A program made the translations under genes and the position numbers. From Dehalococcoidia bacterium (lineage in GTDB: Bacteria; Chloroflexota; Dehalococcoidia; Lucifugimonadales; Australimonadaceae): 64,000 bases of DNA. The stretch's first letter is position 1. Each line of letters opens with the position of its first letter. The stretch is taken from NCBI GenBank assembly GCA_022449765.1, contig JAKUPZ010000008.1:21880-85879 (forward strand). Direction: 5' to 3'. The notes beneath the pieces are model-generated. The model saw only the letters and a list, made by a program, of their open reading frames with translations, had not been told where the DNA came from and did not search any database. Positions 9,186-18,708 of this stretch are shown here, piece after piece.

Positions 9186-10061
9186 TTGACTACTCTCCAA
9201 CAAGCTATCATCAAATTCCAATCGGAACTTTCATCAATCGGAGCAGATAATCCTAGGCTTGAAGCTGATCTCATATGGATGAATATTTTAAACGTTTCCC
9301 GTGCCGAATTATTTGGGTATTCTCAACACGAGGCAATTAAAAAATCGACGCTGATTAAAGCCAGGTCCCTGCTTAACCGTCGCCTAAAAAATGAACCGCT
9401 CGCTTATATAATCGGATCAAAAGAGTTCTATGGGCTAAAAATTAAAACTTCTCCAAAAGCTCTTATACCTAGGCCTGAAACCGAAGTAATGGTCGACGAA
9501 GCATTGGAATACCTATCAGGCAAAGAAAAAATGCTTATAGCGGATGTAGGGTGCGGCACTGCAGCAATATCGATAGCAATAGCAAAAAATAATCCCAGCG
9601 CTACTTTATACGCCTTAGATATATCAAAAAAAGCGTTACATCTTGCTAAGGCAAATATTTTGATGCATCAATTAGAGAATCAGATTGAGCTAATCCAAAG
9701 TAATTTGCTTACTAATTTACCGCATCCGGTAGATATGCTTTTGGCCAATCTACCTTACATCCCAACAACGCAATTACCGTATCTTCAAAGTGAAGTACAG
9801 CTATATGAACCTTTGATTGCCTTAAATGGGGGAATAGATGGTCTTGAGATCATAAATACTCTACTCCAGCAAGCAAAATACAAACTATTACCACAAGGAG
9901 TAATCTTCTTAGAGATTGATCCCTCACAGGTAAAAAAAATACTCTCCTTAGCCTCTGACTATTTCCCTTCACTCTCATATAATGTAGTAAATGATCTAAC
10001 TGGAAGATCTCGTGTCATAGTGCTCAAACCCAACTCTGTTGCAAGCAATAAAATCATTTAA
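9186..10061 (+). CDS. prmC: Release factor glutamine N5-methyltransferase
   Basis: Lies directly downstream of prfA. It has a SAM-binding motif (DVGCGTAAISI) and an NLPY variant of the NPPY motif. The start is TTG. Confidence 0.9.
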   Translation: MTTLQQAIIKFQSELSSIGADNPRLEADLIWMNILNVSRAELFGYSQHEAIKKSTLIKARSLLNRRLKNEPLAYIIGSKEFYGLKIKTSPKALIPRPETEVMVDEALEYLSGKEKMLIADVGCGTAAISIAIAKNNPSATLYALDISKKALHLAKANILMHQLENQIELIQSNLLTNLPHPVDMLLANLPYIPTTQLPYLQSEVQLYEPLIALNGGIDGLEIINTLLQQAKYKLLPQGVIFLEIDPSQVKKILSLASDYFPSLSYNVVNDLTGRSRVIVLKPNSVASNKII

Positions 10062-10063
10062 CT

Positions 10064-10897
10064 ATGGAATTAGAACCTGGCATACATCAAATGACGTTCG
10101 GCAAGGAGCCATTACCAGGTTTCCCTGCTCCAAATTCTTATTTGGTTTTTGGAACGGATACTTCAATTCTGATTGATACTGGCTGGGAAAATAATGATGA
10201 CCATCGAAGTCGAATGGCTTACCTTAGGCAAACAAACTCACCACCGATTTCAGAAATAATAATTACCCACCGCCATCCTGACCACGGTGGAGGTGCTCTT
10301 CATTTGCATAAGGAGTTCGGAACTCCTATTGCCTGCCATGAAAAAGACCAAGAAGTTATCGAGCGCGACCGATTGAACAGTGAAATAAAGATAGCATCTT
10401 CTCTCAATGGAGGTGAGGTACGAGACCTTGGAGGCATTAATCTAGAATTGATCCATGCTCCTGGGCACACCTTCGGATGTCTGGCTATTTATATTCCTGA
10501 GCGTGAAGTTTTATTTACAACAGACACTGTTATGGATATTTCCACTACCAGCATAAACCCTAATGACGGAAGTCTTGTTGAATACATGCAAACGCTTAAT
10601 CTTTTCCAAGATATTAATCCTAGAATCATGTACACAGGACACGGTCGTCCTGTGAAAAATCCTCGCCAAAGGCTCAACCGGTTAATTGATCATAGACTAA
10701 GAAGAGAGGAGTCCATTTTAAATAAATTAAAAGTAAGGCCCCTAAGTACGGCCCAGCTCAGTGATGTAATATACAAAGGACTACAAAGCTCACGAAAGCC
10801 CCTTGCCGAAAGGCAAATAATCACTACCTTGCTTAAATTGTTGGAAGAAGGGAAGGTAGTTAAAGAAGAGAATGATACTTACAAGACTAACCTATAG
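10064..10897 (+). CDS. MBL-fold metallo-hydrolase
   Basis: HxHxDH motif (THRHPDHGGG) and a later HAPGHT. The C-terminal about 70 aa look like a winged-helix appendage. Confidence 0.8.
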   Translation: MELEPGIHQMTFGKEPLPGFPAPNSYLVFGTDTSILIDTGWENNDDHRSRMAYLRQTNSPPISEIIITHRHPDHGGGALHLHKEFGTPIACHEKDQEVIERDRLNSEIKIASSLNGGEVRDLGGINLELIHAPGHTFGCLAIYIPEREVLFTTDTVMDISTTSINPNDGSLVEYMQTLNLFQDINPRIMYTGHGRPVKNPRQRLNRLIDHRLRREESILNKLKVRPLSTAQLSDVIYKGLQSSRKPLAERQIITTLLKLLEEGKVVKEENDTYKTNL

Positions 10898-10951
10898 GGG
10901 CTAGTCGGATAAAATGAATAATGCCAATTTTAATATCTCAACGGAGTCATT

Positions 10952-12292
10952 GTGCCCACACTATTTAACTCGAAAGTATTTCCTTTAAATACAACAATCT
11001 CTAATAAAAACCATCTGGAAATTGGTGGTTGCAGTCTTATCGACCTAGCGGAACAATTCGGCACCCCATTGTATGTGTTTGATGAGAATACTTTACGCAA
11101 TCAGGCGGAAGGATTCCTTTCATCTTTTAAGAATCTTTATCCTAATACTAGAGTTGTATATGCCTGCAAAGCATTTATCAATATCCCTTTAGCAAGATAT
11201 TTTGCCGATCTAGGATTAGGGTTTGATGTCGTTTCCGGAGGAGAATTAGCAATCCTAAAAGCCGCCAATGTTGATCTATCAACAGTCGATTTTCATGGCA
11301 ACAATAAAACTCCTCAGGAGATATGGACTGCACTTGAGTGGGGAGTTGGGCATTTTGTTATAGACAGTTCGCACGAATTGAATTTACTTAATGAATATGC
11401 AGGTCAGCAAGGAATAAAGCAAAATGTTTTAGTTCGTGTTTCTCCGTCTATTGATCCGCACACCCATAGGCTAACTACCACTGGGGTTTTAGATAGTAAA
11501 TTTGGTTTCCCAATTGAAACAGGTCAAGCTCACGATGCAATTAGGCAAGTGTTGCAATGTGAAAATTTATCACTTCAGGGCCTTCATTTTCACTTAGGGT
11601 CTCCCATTTTTGAACTAGAGCCTTATACAGAAGCCATTGAACTCGTCCTTGGCTTCGCTTCTGAAATGCAAAATGAAGGCATGACTTTAAATCGTTTTAG
11701 CCCAGGAGGTGGGTTTGCAATTGCCTATACAGAAGATGACGAACCCCCAACTAAAGATGCTTATGCAAAAGCCATTACTGAAGCTCTTATAGAGGGATGT
11801 AAGCAAAATGGATTGAATCAACCCGAATTGACAATAGAGCCAGGCCGCTCTATGTCAGGACCCGCGGGAGTTGCCATATATACAGTTGGTGCAATCAAGG
11901 AAATACCTGACGTTCGCACTTATGTATCAGTAGACGGGGGTATGGGAGATAATATTCGTCCCGCGTTATATGGATCACGCTACATTGCCGTTCTAGCAAA
12001 TCAACCAACAGCTGAGGCAACAGAAACAGTTACCATTGCGGGCAAATACTGTGAATCTGGGGACGTCCTAGTAACTGACGCTAAACTACCAAAAGTACAA
12101 CCAAACGATATAATTGCTATTCCAGCTTCAGGTGCCTACGCACCCTCAATGGCGAGTACCTATAACATGAACGGAAAACCGCCTATTGTAATGGTAGACA
12201 ATGGTAATACACGCCTAATTCGCCGAAGGGAATCGTTCGAAGACATGATGTCTCAGGATATAATCGACCCAATTGCTAAGGATCCTTTGTAG
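10952..12292 (+). CDS. lysA: Diaminopimelate decarboxylase
   Basis: 446 aa, fold-type III PLP decarboxylase pattern (YACKAF, EPGRS, CESGD). Confidence 0.9.
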   Translation: MPTLFNSKVFPLNTTISNKNHLEIGGCSLIDLAEQFGTPLYVFDENTLRNQAEGFLSSFKNLYPNTRVVYACKAFINIPLARYFADLGLGFDVVSGGELAILKAANVDLSTVDFHGNNKTPQEIWTALEWGVGHFVIDSSHELNLLNEYAGQQGIKQNVLVRVSPSIDPHTHRLTTTGVLDSKFGFPIETGQAHDAIRQVLQCENLSLQGLHFHLGSPIFELEPYTEAIELVLGFASEMQNEGMTLNRFSPGGGFAIAYTEDDEPPTKDAYAKAITEALIEGCKQNGLNQPELTIEPGRSMSGPAGVAIYTVGAIKEIPDVRTYVSVDGGMGDNIRPALYGSRYIAVLANQPTAEATETVTIAGKYCESGDVLVTDAKLPKVQPNDIIAIPASGAYAPSMASTYNMNGKPPIVMVDNGNTRLIRRRESFEDMMSQDIIDPIAKDPL

Positions 12293-13305
12293 TGTTTCAG
12301 CTTCACGGCCAAGAATTAATTTTATCCAATTTAAATAACTCAATTAATGAAGGCCGCTTCCACCATGCTTACCTGCTTTCAGGAGCGTCTCATACTGGTA
12401 AAAACACACTAGCGCTACAAATTGCGCAAGCCTTGAACTGTACAAGTTCAGAAGTTCCATGCATGCAATGCAATCAATGCCAACGAATCCAAAAATATGA
12501 GCATCCTGACGTGCACTACATCACCACGGGAGGAGATGAAGGCCCCCTTCATGAAATCGGAATTGATGCAATTAGGGAATTATCCAGCCTTGCATATCTA
12601 AAACCTTTTGAGGGCATCCGGAGGGTCTTTATTATTAAACCTGCTGAAAAGCTAAATGATCATTCTTCCAATGCACTATTAAAAGTACTAGAAGAACCTC
12701 CAGGGGACGTGGTTTTTATCCTCATATCGAGCAGCGCAGCAGACCTTATGCCTACCATTGTTTCTCGCTGCCAGCTTTTCCAATTTAAAAAAATGGATCG
12801 TGCTGCAGTGTTTTCAATACTAACTACAAATTATGGAATAGACGCTGAAAACGCAGAAATATTTTCGAGGTTGTGTGACGGATGTATAGGTTGGGCTATC
12901 GAAGCGTCACAAGACAGTTCAATATATGCTTCGTTACATCAGCTTTTAGAAAAAATAGTGGACACCATCGAAGGGGGAATTGAGTCTCGATTCCACTATT
13001 GTGAGGAGTTCGGAAGAATCTATCAGCGTGACCGATTATCTGCCGAAACTCACTTGCGACTTTGGCTCTCTTGGCTAAGAGACGTAATGCTTATTCAAAA
13101 AGGGGTAGAAGAGTACGTGATAAATATAGACTGGAAAGAAACATTGTCTAAACACGCAAAGTCTCTTCCAAACGATGAAATCGTGCGATGGATTCGCCAA
13201 ATTCAAAGCACCAGCAATCTAGTGCAACGAAATATCAACCCTCGACTTGCCCTAGAGGCTGTACTAATTTCCTCTCCTTTGACCACACAACATTCTATGC
13301 AATAG
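12292..13305 (+). CDS. holB: DNA polymerase III delta-prime subunit
   Basis: Clamp-loader AAA+ features: HHAYLLSGASHTGKNTLA, a Zn module CMQCNQCQRI, LLKVLEEPP and SRCQ. Confidence 0.85.
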   Translation: MFQLHGQELILSNLNNSINEGRFHHAYLLSGASHTGKNTLALQIAQALNCTSSEVPCMQCNQCQRIQKYEHPDVHYITTGGDEGPLHEIGIDAIRELSSLAYLKPFEGIRRVFIIKPAEKLNDHSSNALLKVLEEPPGDVVFILISSSAADLMPTIVSRCQLFQFKKMDRAAVFSILTTNYGIDAENAEIFSRLCDGCIGWAIEASQDSSIYASLHQLLEKIVDTIEGGIESRFHYCEEFGRIYQRDRLSAETHLRLWLSWLRDVMLIQKGVEEYVINIDWKETLSKHAKSLPNDEIVRWIRQIQSTSNLVQRNINPRLALEAVLISSPLTTQHSMQ

Positions 13306-13843
13306 CAGCATGCAAATCAGTAGAAATTATCTGATTATTACTTACCCAAGGTAGATAAATATTCCATTCGTCCGGAAGACTGCGATGCATCAAGTGATAA
13401 TACGGATTAGCCTTGGGCGTTGAAGGCTGTGATAAGAGTTGCATTCGGGCTTGAACAGGTGTTCTTCCTGCTTTGCGGTGGTTGCATTGTACACAGGCGG
13501 CAACGACATTCTCCCATGTGTGCGGGCCTTTCAATACACGTGGTACGACATGATCCAGCGTTAGGTCTTTTGTTTCTTTACCACAATATTGGCAAGTGAA
13601 ATGGTCTCTCCAAAAAACTTCTCTCCTAGAAAGTTTACGTGTGAAAAGAGGGCGCTTTACCATATACAGTAACCTGATAACGGACGGAACTGAAAAAGAA
13701 GTTGACACTGTTTTGTAATGTTCCAAGGAAAGTTCAATCGGCTGTGCTTTTTGCCCAATCACTAAGACGATAGCACGCCTAACACCGCAGACGTTAAGCG
13801 GCTCGTAGTTCTGATTCAAGATAAGGACTGTTTCGCGGGGCAT
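13295..13843 (-). CDS. HNH endonuclease family protein
   Basis: HNH/zinc motifs (CQYCG .. LDHVVP .. WENVVAACVQCNHRK) follow a conserved N-terminal region (VLILNQNYEPLNV). Confidence 0.85.
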   Translation of the reverse strand: MPRETVLILNQNYEPLNVCGVRRAIVLVIGQKAQPIELSLEHYKTVSTSFSVPSVIRLLYMVKRPLFTRKLSRREVFWRDHFTCQYCGKETKDLTLDHVVPRVLKGPHTWENVVAACVQCNHRKAGRTPVQARMQLLSQPSTPKANPYYHLMHRSLPDEWNIYLPWVSNNQIISTDLHAAIA

Positions 13844-13926
13844 TATCTCCTACATCAAAACAAGCAAAGTAGTCGATAAGATCATAAAGGCATTTACCAG
13901 TAGGGACAATAAGATATTTAGTAACG

Positions 13927-14448
13927 TTATCCACTAAATTGGTTCTTCCAATCCAATCCCTCTTCAAAAATACGATCTATCTGATCAAACTGAGACGGAA
14001 GCAAAACTTTAATCACATCAGTTGCAGTTAATATGGATTCAAGCAAGCTGGATTTTGCAATAGCTACATGCAACGAATCTATAGGAACAATCACTGCTAT
14101 TGAGGCAATCGCAGAAACGGACAATAGCCCCACCACAATACCAATCAAAGCTCCAATTGAACGATCCACCCATCCCAAAAAAAGCATATTAAGAATCTTT
14201 TTTACAAAATTCGCAAGCACCCAAAAGAATATAAGAGAGACAATAAAAATTGCAGTAAAAGCTGCAATTTTATCGAAATCGGTATCAATTGGAATTAATT
14301 CAGCAACACGCGCGTAATACTGTCCAGCAAAAATTATTCCAATTATTGCTCCAGCCAGAGTTGACGCCCATTTAATTATTCCATTTTTCCAGCCAAGGAA
14401 TCCAAACAATCCAATAGTGATTAAGGTAGCTGCATCAACCCAATTCAT
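13927..14448 (-). CDS. cvpA: CvpA-family membrane protein
   Basis: Four predicted TM helices. The N-terminus MNWVDAATLI is typical of CvpA. The ATG at 14448 lies 4 nt after GAGGA. Confidence 0.75.
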   Translation of the reverse strand: MNWVDAATLITIGLFGFLGWKNGIIKWASTLAGAIIGIIFAGQYYARVAELIPIDTDFDKIAAFTAIFIVSLIFFWVLANFVKKILNMLFLGWVDRSIGALIGIVVGLLSVSAIASIAVIVPIDSLHVAIAKSSLLESILTATDVIKVLLPSQFDQIDRIFEEGLDWKNQFSG

Positions 14449-14530
14449 AAAATCCTCGATTATTAGCACTAAAACTATGCCACGGTCAAGGCAAATGCAA
14501 CAGTAGAACTAATGAAGGTTTATGGGTAAA

Positions 14531-15460
14531 TTAAATTACAAAAACTGGATTATCATTTGTAATGATACGTGATTCTGAGCTAATTCCTGAACGAATATAT
14601 TTAGGCAAATTAAACATACCCGAATGTGCAATACCGTCGTAATAACGTAGTGGACTAGATATACGCTTTTCTATTTCACGGTCAATAACGTCTCGATCCA
14701 TATCCTTTACAACTAGTGCATCCTCTCTTCCACAGGCAATAAATCCCCACATGGTACCAAAGCTAGGCACAAACACTCGATATTCTGAAGTGTGCGCAAA
14801 AACTTGCCTCATAGTCTTTGAAATCGATGTGAAAACATCCATGTAGTTTGTAGGGCTCGCTGCACCTGACTGCGCGACCATAATGCCGCCTGGCGATAAA
14901 TTCGACAGAATTAATTTATAGAACTCAACGGTGTACAACAAATATGCCGGTCCTCCTTCCAGAGGATCAGGGATGTCAATGATTATCACATCGAACGGGT
15001 CAGTACGTCCCTGGAGGTACAAAAGAGCATCTTCATGAAGTAACTTCAACCGCTTATCTTCGAAAGAACCCAAGTGATGGTTAGGTAAATACTGTTTGCA
15101 CAAATTGACTACTTCTGCATCGAGATCGACCATCGTCAGTTCTTCAACTGAATGATGCCTGAGAACTTCTTTGATCGTAGACCCTTCACCACCCCCAGCT
15201 ACTAATACTTTCTTAGGATTCGGATGCGCAAGCATTGCGGGGTGAACAAGCGCTTCGTGGTACACCCATTCATCCGATTCGGATGATTGCGTTTTCCCGT
15301 CGAGTACCAAAATTCGTCCAAACGAGCCGGTATCAAGGATTTGGACCTTCTGGTATTTGGTAAATCCTTCGTAAATCACTTCTCGAACCCCTGAAGCCTG
15401 AATAAGTTCAGGTGTGATCTGTTCTGTATACCATATTGTTCTAGGAGAAAGCTGATCCAT
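14531..15460 (-). CDS. speE: Spermidine synthase (polyamine aminopropyltransferase)
   Basis: Motifs VLVAGGGEGSTIKEV and IIIDIPDP. It is translationally coupled to speH through a TAATG overlap. Confidence 0.92.
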   Translation of the reverse strand: MDQLSPRTIWYTEQITPELIQASGVREVIYEGFTKYQKVQILDTGSFGRILVLDGKTQSSESDEWVYHEALVHPAMLAHPNPKKVLVAGGGEGSTIKEVLRHHSVEELTMVDLDAEVVNLCKQYLPNHHLGSFEDKRLKLLHEDALLYLQGRTDPFDVIIIDIPDPLEGGPAYLLYTVEFYKLILSNLSPGGIMVAQSGAASPTNYMDVFTSISKTMRQVFAHTSEYRVFVPSFGTMWGFIACGREDALVVKDMDRDVIDREIEKRISSPLRYYDGIAHSGMFNLPKYIRSGISSESRIITNDNPVFVI

Positions 15461-15831
15461 TAACTAAACGCCTGTGACCATGAGTCCAGAAGACCTCTTT
15501 TTACTTCCGTAATCTCAGGATCTTTAGACTCCAGTTCATCAATAATTAATTTAGCTGCCTCCGTGGGGTCAAAATTTTCCCCACAGGTAAAAATATCAAC
15601 GCCCGCATAACCAAATTCTGGCCATGTATGAATGCATAGGTGTGATTCAGCAATCGCGACAACACCCGTTACTCCTTGAGGGCTAAATTGATGGAAAATT
15701 TCACCGATTACAGTGGCTCCAGTTTTTACTGCCGCCTCTAATAACACTTTCTTGAGAAACTCAAGGTCATCTAATAATTCTGGATTACAAGTGCGAAGTT
15801 CAAGTAGTACGTGACGACCAAGAGCTTTCAA
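15460..15831 (-). CDS. speH: S-adenosylmethionine decarboxylase proenzyme (small, pyruvoyl type)
   Basis: The self-cleavage motif AESHLCIHTWPE is present. The start is TTG, preceded by GGAGG. Confidence 0.92.
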   Translation of the reverse strand: MKALGRHVLLELRTCNPELLDDLEFLKKVLLEAAVKTGATVIGEIFHQFSPQGVTGVVAIAESHLCIHTWPEFGYAGVDIFTCGENFDPTEAAKLIIDELESKDPEITEVKRGLLDSWSQAFS

Positions 15832-15973
15832 TCAGACAGGCCTCCATATAAATCTGTATCCTCAGGGATACACGGCGACATAAGGTCAAATTCTAGCATT
15901 CTCAGCCATATGGGAGCAACAGAAACATTCAATCTAGCTTGACCTCAAAACATTTGATGCCTAGGATAGAATT

Positions 15974-16393
15974 ATGGAAGACTACTTGCGTCAATATGGT
16001 CTGATTTTCTTGCTAGCCGTCGTTTCGATTGTTCTGCCAGCAAGTGTTCTTCTGATATCCAAACTAAGTACCTTCATCAACGCTCGGCCATCCAGACCCA
16101 ACCCTCTGAAATACTCACCCTATGAATGCGGTATGGAACCAGAACAAGGGCGTTGGCAACGATTCAACGTACGCTACTACAAATTCGCTCTACTTTTCTT
16201 GTTATTTGATGTTGAAGTCATATTTCTATTTCCTTGGGCTACTCAATCAAGCTCGCTAGGCTGGTCTGCATTCCTAGCAGTGTTATTTTTCTCTGTAATC
16301 ATGATGGTAGGTTGGGCGTACGAATGGAAAAAAGGCGGAATGGAATGGGACGAATCAACTCCTGCTATTTCAAGCAAGCAAAGAATTAATTAG
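15974..16393 (+). CDS. nuoA: NADH-quinone oxidoreductase subunit A
   Basis: Three TM helices and conserved YECG and FDVEVIFLFPWA segments. No other nuo gene follows. Confidence 0.88.
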   Translation: MEDYLRQYGLIFLLAVVSIVLPASVLLISKLSTFINARPSRPNPLKYSPYECGMEPEQGRWQRFNVRYYKFALLFLLFDVEVIFLFPWATQSSSLGWSAFLAVLFFSVIMMVGWAYEWKKGGMEWDESTPAISSKQRIN

Positions 16394-17960
16394 TTCCATC
16401 TATTTTGGACAATTCAGTTCGTAAATTTTTTTTCAGAACCTTCCCCAAGGAATTTCTAGGCAACTCGCTCATGAAAATTACCTGCTCTGGTCGTTTAAAT
16501 CTAGCCAAAGACTGGCAATGATCTAATATCAAATCTTCTGTTACGTTCAAGTAACCAGATCCAGTAACTACTACCGCTACTACACGCTCACCCCAGGTTT
16601 CGTCTGGAAGTCCAATGACTGCGCAGTCCTCTATACCAGGTACTTCTTGCAATACGTGCTCAACTTCCTCGGGTGAGACCATCTCGCCGCCACGCTTAAT
16701 AAAATCTTTTGCGCGACCCTCAAGATATATATATCCATCTGAATCTTGGTAGCCTAAGTCACCGGTATAAAGCCATCCGTCATGCAGCGCTTGATCCGTT
16801 TCCGCTGGTTGCTTCCAGTAACCCGTCATTAGCCGAGGGCTTTTAGCTATTATTTCACCTGAAACACCATAACTTACAAACTGCCCATTCTCATCAACAA
16901 CCCGTACCTCTACATCAGGTAATGGTTTCCCAATACTGGATAGGTGTTTAATTCGTGACGCAACAATTTCATCAGGGCCTTCTAAAATATGGTCTTCGGG
17001 GGGCACCATCGTGATAGTTGACCCAGTTTCAGTTTGCCCAAATGCGTTAATAAACTGCACTTGGGGCATAAGAGGAACTGCACGCCTAATTAATGTAGGC
17101 GGCATAGATGACCCCCCATAAGTTAAAACTTTGAGCGAAGACAATTCTCTTGTAGAGAATTCTGGGTGATCAATGATTTGCTTCAACATAGTAGGCACGA
17201 TTAAAGCACGTTCAATTCCATGCTGCTCCACTAATTGCATCCATTCTCCAGGCTCAAACTGTCGCTGCATTACTATTGTTCTACCCCCGTATATCCCTGC
17301 AAGGACTGCTTGAAGACCTGCTACATGGTAAAGAGGTAAAGTCAGAAGTGTTTTTTCAAACACTTCAGGATCGGGAGGTTCCATGCTAGTCAATAGAAAT
17401 GATGTGAAACTAGAATGTTTAAGCATTACCGCCTTTGGATTACCTGTAGTTCCCGCAGTAAACAAAAGCACTGCGGTCTCTTCAGGTGAGTCAATCGGGA
17501 ATATATATTCTTGGTGATCAGCAGAATTGATTAGTTCATCGATGTCTACCCACTGCGAGGTATGATCGTTCATGGCTGAAGTTGTTATCCTAAGGGTAGA
17601 ACTAAATTCATCTCCATATTCCTCAATAAGCGGAACATACCTTGGTCCAGCAACAATCACTTTTGGTGCAGAATGTCTTAAAGGATATGCTAACTCTTCA
17701 CGATGGCCTCGGAAATTTAATGGAACATAAATAGCATCCAGTTTAGAGGCTGCAAAAAATGTCAGGACGTGCGCAGGAGTATTTACGTCAACAACACAGA
17801 CGCGATCACCTCGAGCCACCCCGCTCTTCGAAAGAGCATTTGCAAGGCGATTCACTTTCTCCGCAAGTTCAGAAAACGAATGCTCTTTCTCGTCAGTTAT
17901 TAAAGCCGGTCTATCAGGTACTATAGCCGCAGCAATATTTAATACATCAAAAGTATGCAG
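16386..17960 (-). CDS. AMP-dependent acyl-CoA synthetase/ligase
   Basis: AMP-binding motif (FTAGTTGNPKAVML), YGQTE-like GQTETGS, and GDLGY..DGY..GRAKD. The frame stays open upstream of the track GTG (17855) and encodes a typical N-terminus. The proposed start is CTG at 17960, 7 nt after GGAG, and is uncertain. Confidence 0.85.
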   Translation of the reverse strand: MHTFDVLNIAAAIVPDRPALITDEKEHSFSELAEKVNRLANALSKSGVARGDRVCVVDVNTPAHVLTFFAASKLDAIYVPLNFRGHREELAYPLRHSAPKVIVAGPRYVPLIEEYGDEFSSTLRITTSAMNDHTSQWVDIDELINSADHQEYIFPIDSPEETAVLLFTAGTTGNPKAVMLKHSSFTSFLLTSMEPPDPEVFEKTLLTLPLYHVAGLQAVLAGIYGGRTIVMQRQFEPGEWMQLVEQHGIERALIVPTMLKQIIDHPEFSTRELSSLKVLTYGGSSMPPTLIRRAVPLMPQVQFINAFGQTETGSTITMVPPEDHILEGPDEIVASRIKHLSSIGKPLPDVEVRVVDENGQFVSYGVSGEIIAKSPRLMTGYWKQPAETDQALHDGWLYTGDLGYQDSDGYIYLEGRAKDFIKRGGEMVSPEEVEHVLQEVPGIEDCAVIGLPDETWGERVVAVVVTGSGYLNVTEDLILDHCQSLARFKRPEQVIFMSELPRNSLGKVLKKNLRTELSKIDGTN

Positions 17961-17979
17961 GAATCTTCTCCTAGATTTG

Positions 17980-18708
17980 TCATTTAGAATTATCTATTTG
18001 AGCTGCTAAAATTTGTTCTAAACGTAAAGCATGATACAAAGGAAAATCGGCCCCGTGAATAACCGATTTTTTCAAATTACGCAAAACATCCGAATTGAAT
18101 GCAATAATCTGACGCATCTTTTTTTCAACCTCAATCATCATAGAACCTCGGTCTGAAAATATGCCGTCTATAAGACCCATCTCAAATGCCTGGTTAGAAC
18201 TGAAAGCCTCACCTGTATATAACATCCTCAATGTATTCGCTTTATTAACGAGGTTAGTTAATGATTGAGTACCACCAGCGGCAGGCATCAACCCTAAGTG
18301 CAACTCAGGCATTCTAAAAACTGTATCCTCCGTGGCATAACGGAAGTCGCATAATGCAGAAATTTCTATTCCTGTTCCAATACAATGTCCATGAATAGCC
18401 ACTAGCGTTGGCTTTAAAATAAAATGTAAATCTTTCCAAATATCTCTAGCAATTTTGGAATAGCGAGCAATAGTCATTGAAGGGGCAGTCCCAAATTCAG
18501 TCAGGTCTGCACCTCCACAAAATCCATACTCCCCGGCCCCAGAAATAATTACACCTTGTACCTCGATATCATCATTTATTACTGCAAGCAGCTCGGATAA
18601 TTCATCTCGCATCTGAACATTAAATGCATTAACTTTGCTTGGGCGATTTAAGGTCAGAAATGCAACGCCCTCACTTTTAGTGAATTTTATACAGCTAAAT
18701 GTGCTCAT
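17980..18708 (-). CDS. Enoyl-CoA hydratase/isomerase (crotonase) family protein
   Basis: Canonical crotonase motifs: GAGEYGFCGGADL and AIHGHCIGTGIEISALCDFRYA. Confidence 0.88.
   Translation of the reverse strand: MSTFSCIKFTKSEGVAFLTLNRPSKVNAFNVQMRDELSELLAVINDDIEVQGVIISGAGEYGFCGGADLTEFGTAPSMTIARYSKIARDIWKDLHFILKPTLVAIHGHCIGTGIEISALCDFRYATEDTVFRMPELHLGLMPAAGGTQSLTNLVNKANTLRMLYTGEAFSSNQAFEMGLIDGIFSDRGSMMIEVEKKMRQIIAFNSDVLRNLKKSVIHGADFPLYHALRLEQILAAQIDNSK

Noticed and set aside
9720-9760. PrmC catalytic motif reads NLPY instead of NPPY
   Set aside because: This is a conservative variant of the (D/N/S)PPY family motif in an otherwise intact enzyme sitting right after prfA. It most likely remains functional.
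13295-14448. HNH nuclease region as a possible defence island
   Set aside because: No partner genes (methylase, ATPase, helicase, toxin or antitoxin) are present. The neighbours are holB and cvpA, and I noticed no obvious compositional break. It is kept only as a low-interest orphan-gene note.
15930-15976. Apparent TTGACC-17-TAGGAT promoter ending 6 nt before the nuoA ATG, suggesting a leaderless mRNA
   Set aside because: The TAGGAT hexamer equally provides an AGGA Shine-Dalgarno at ideal spacing (7 nt) from the ATG. The two readings cannot be separated from sequence alone, so no claim is made.
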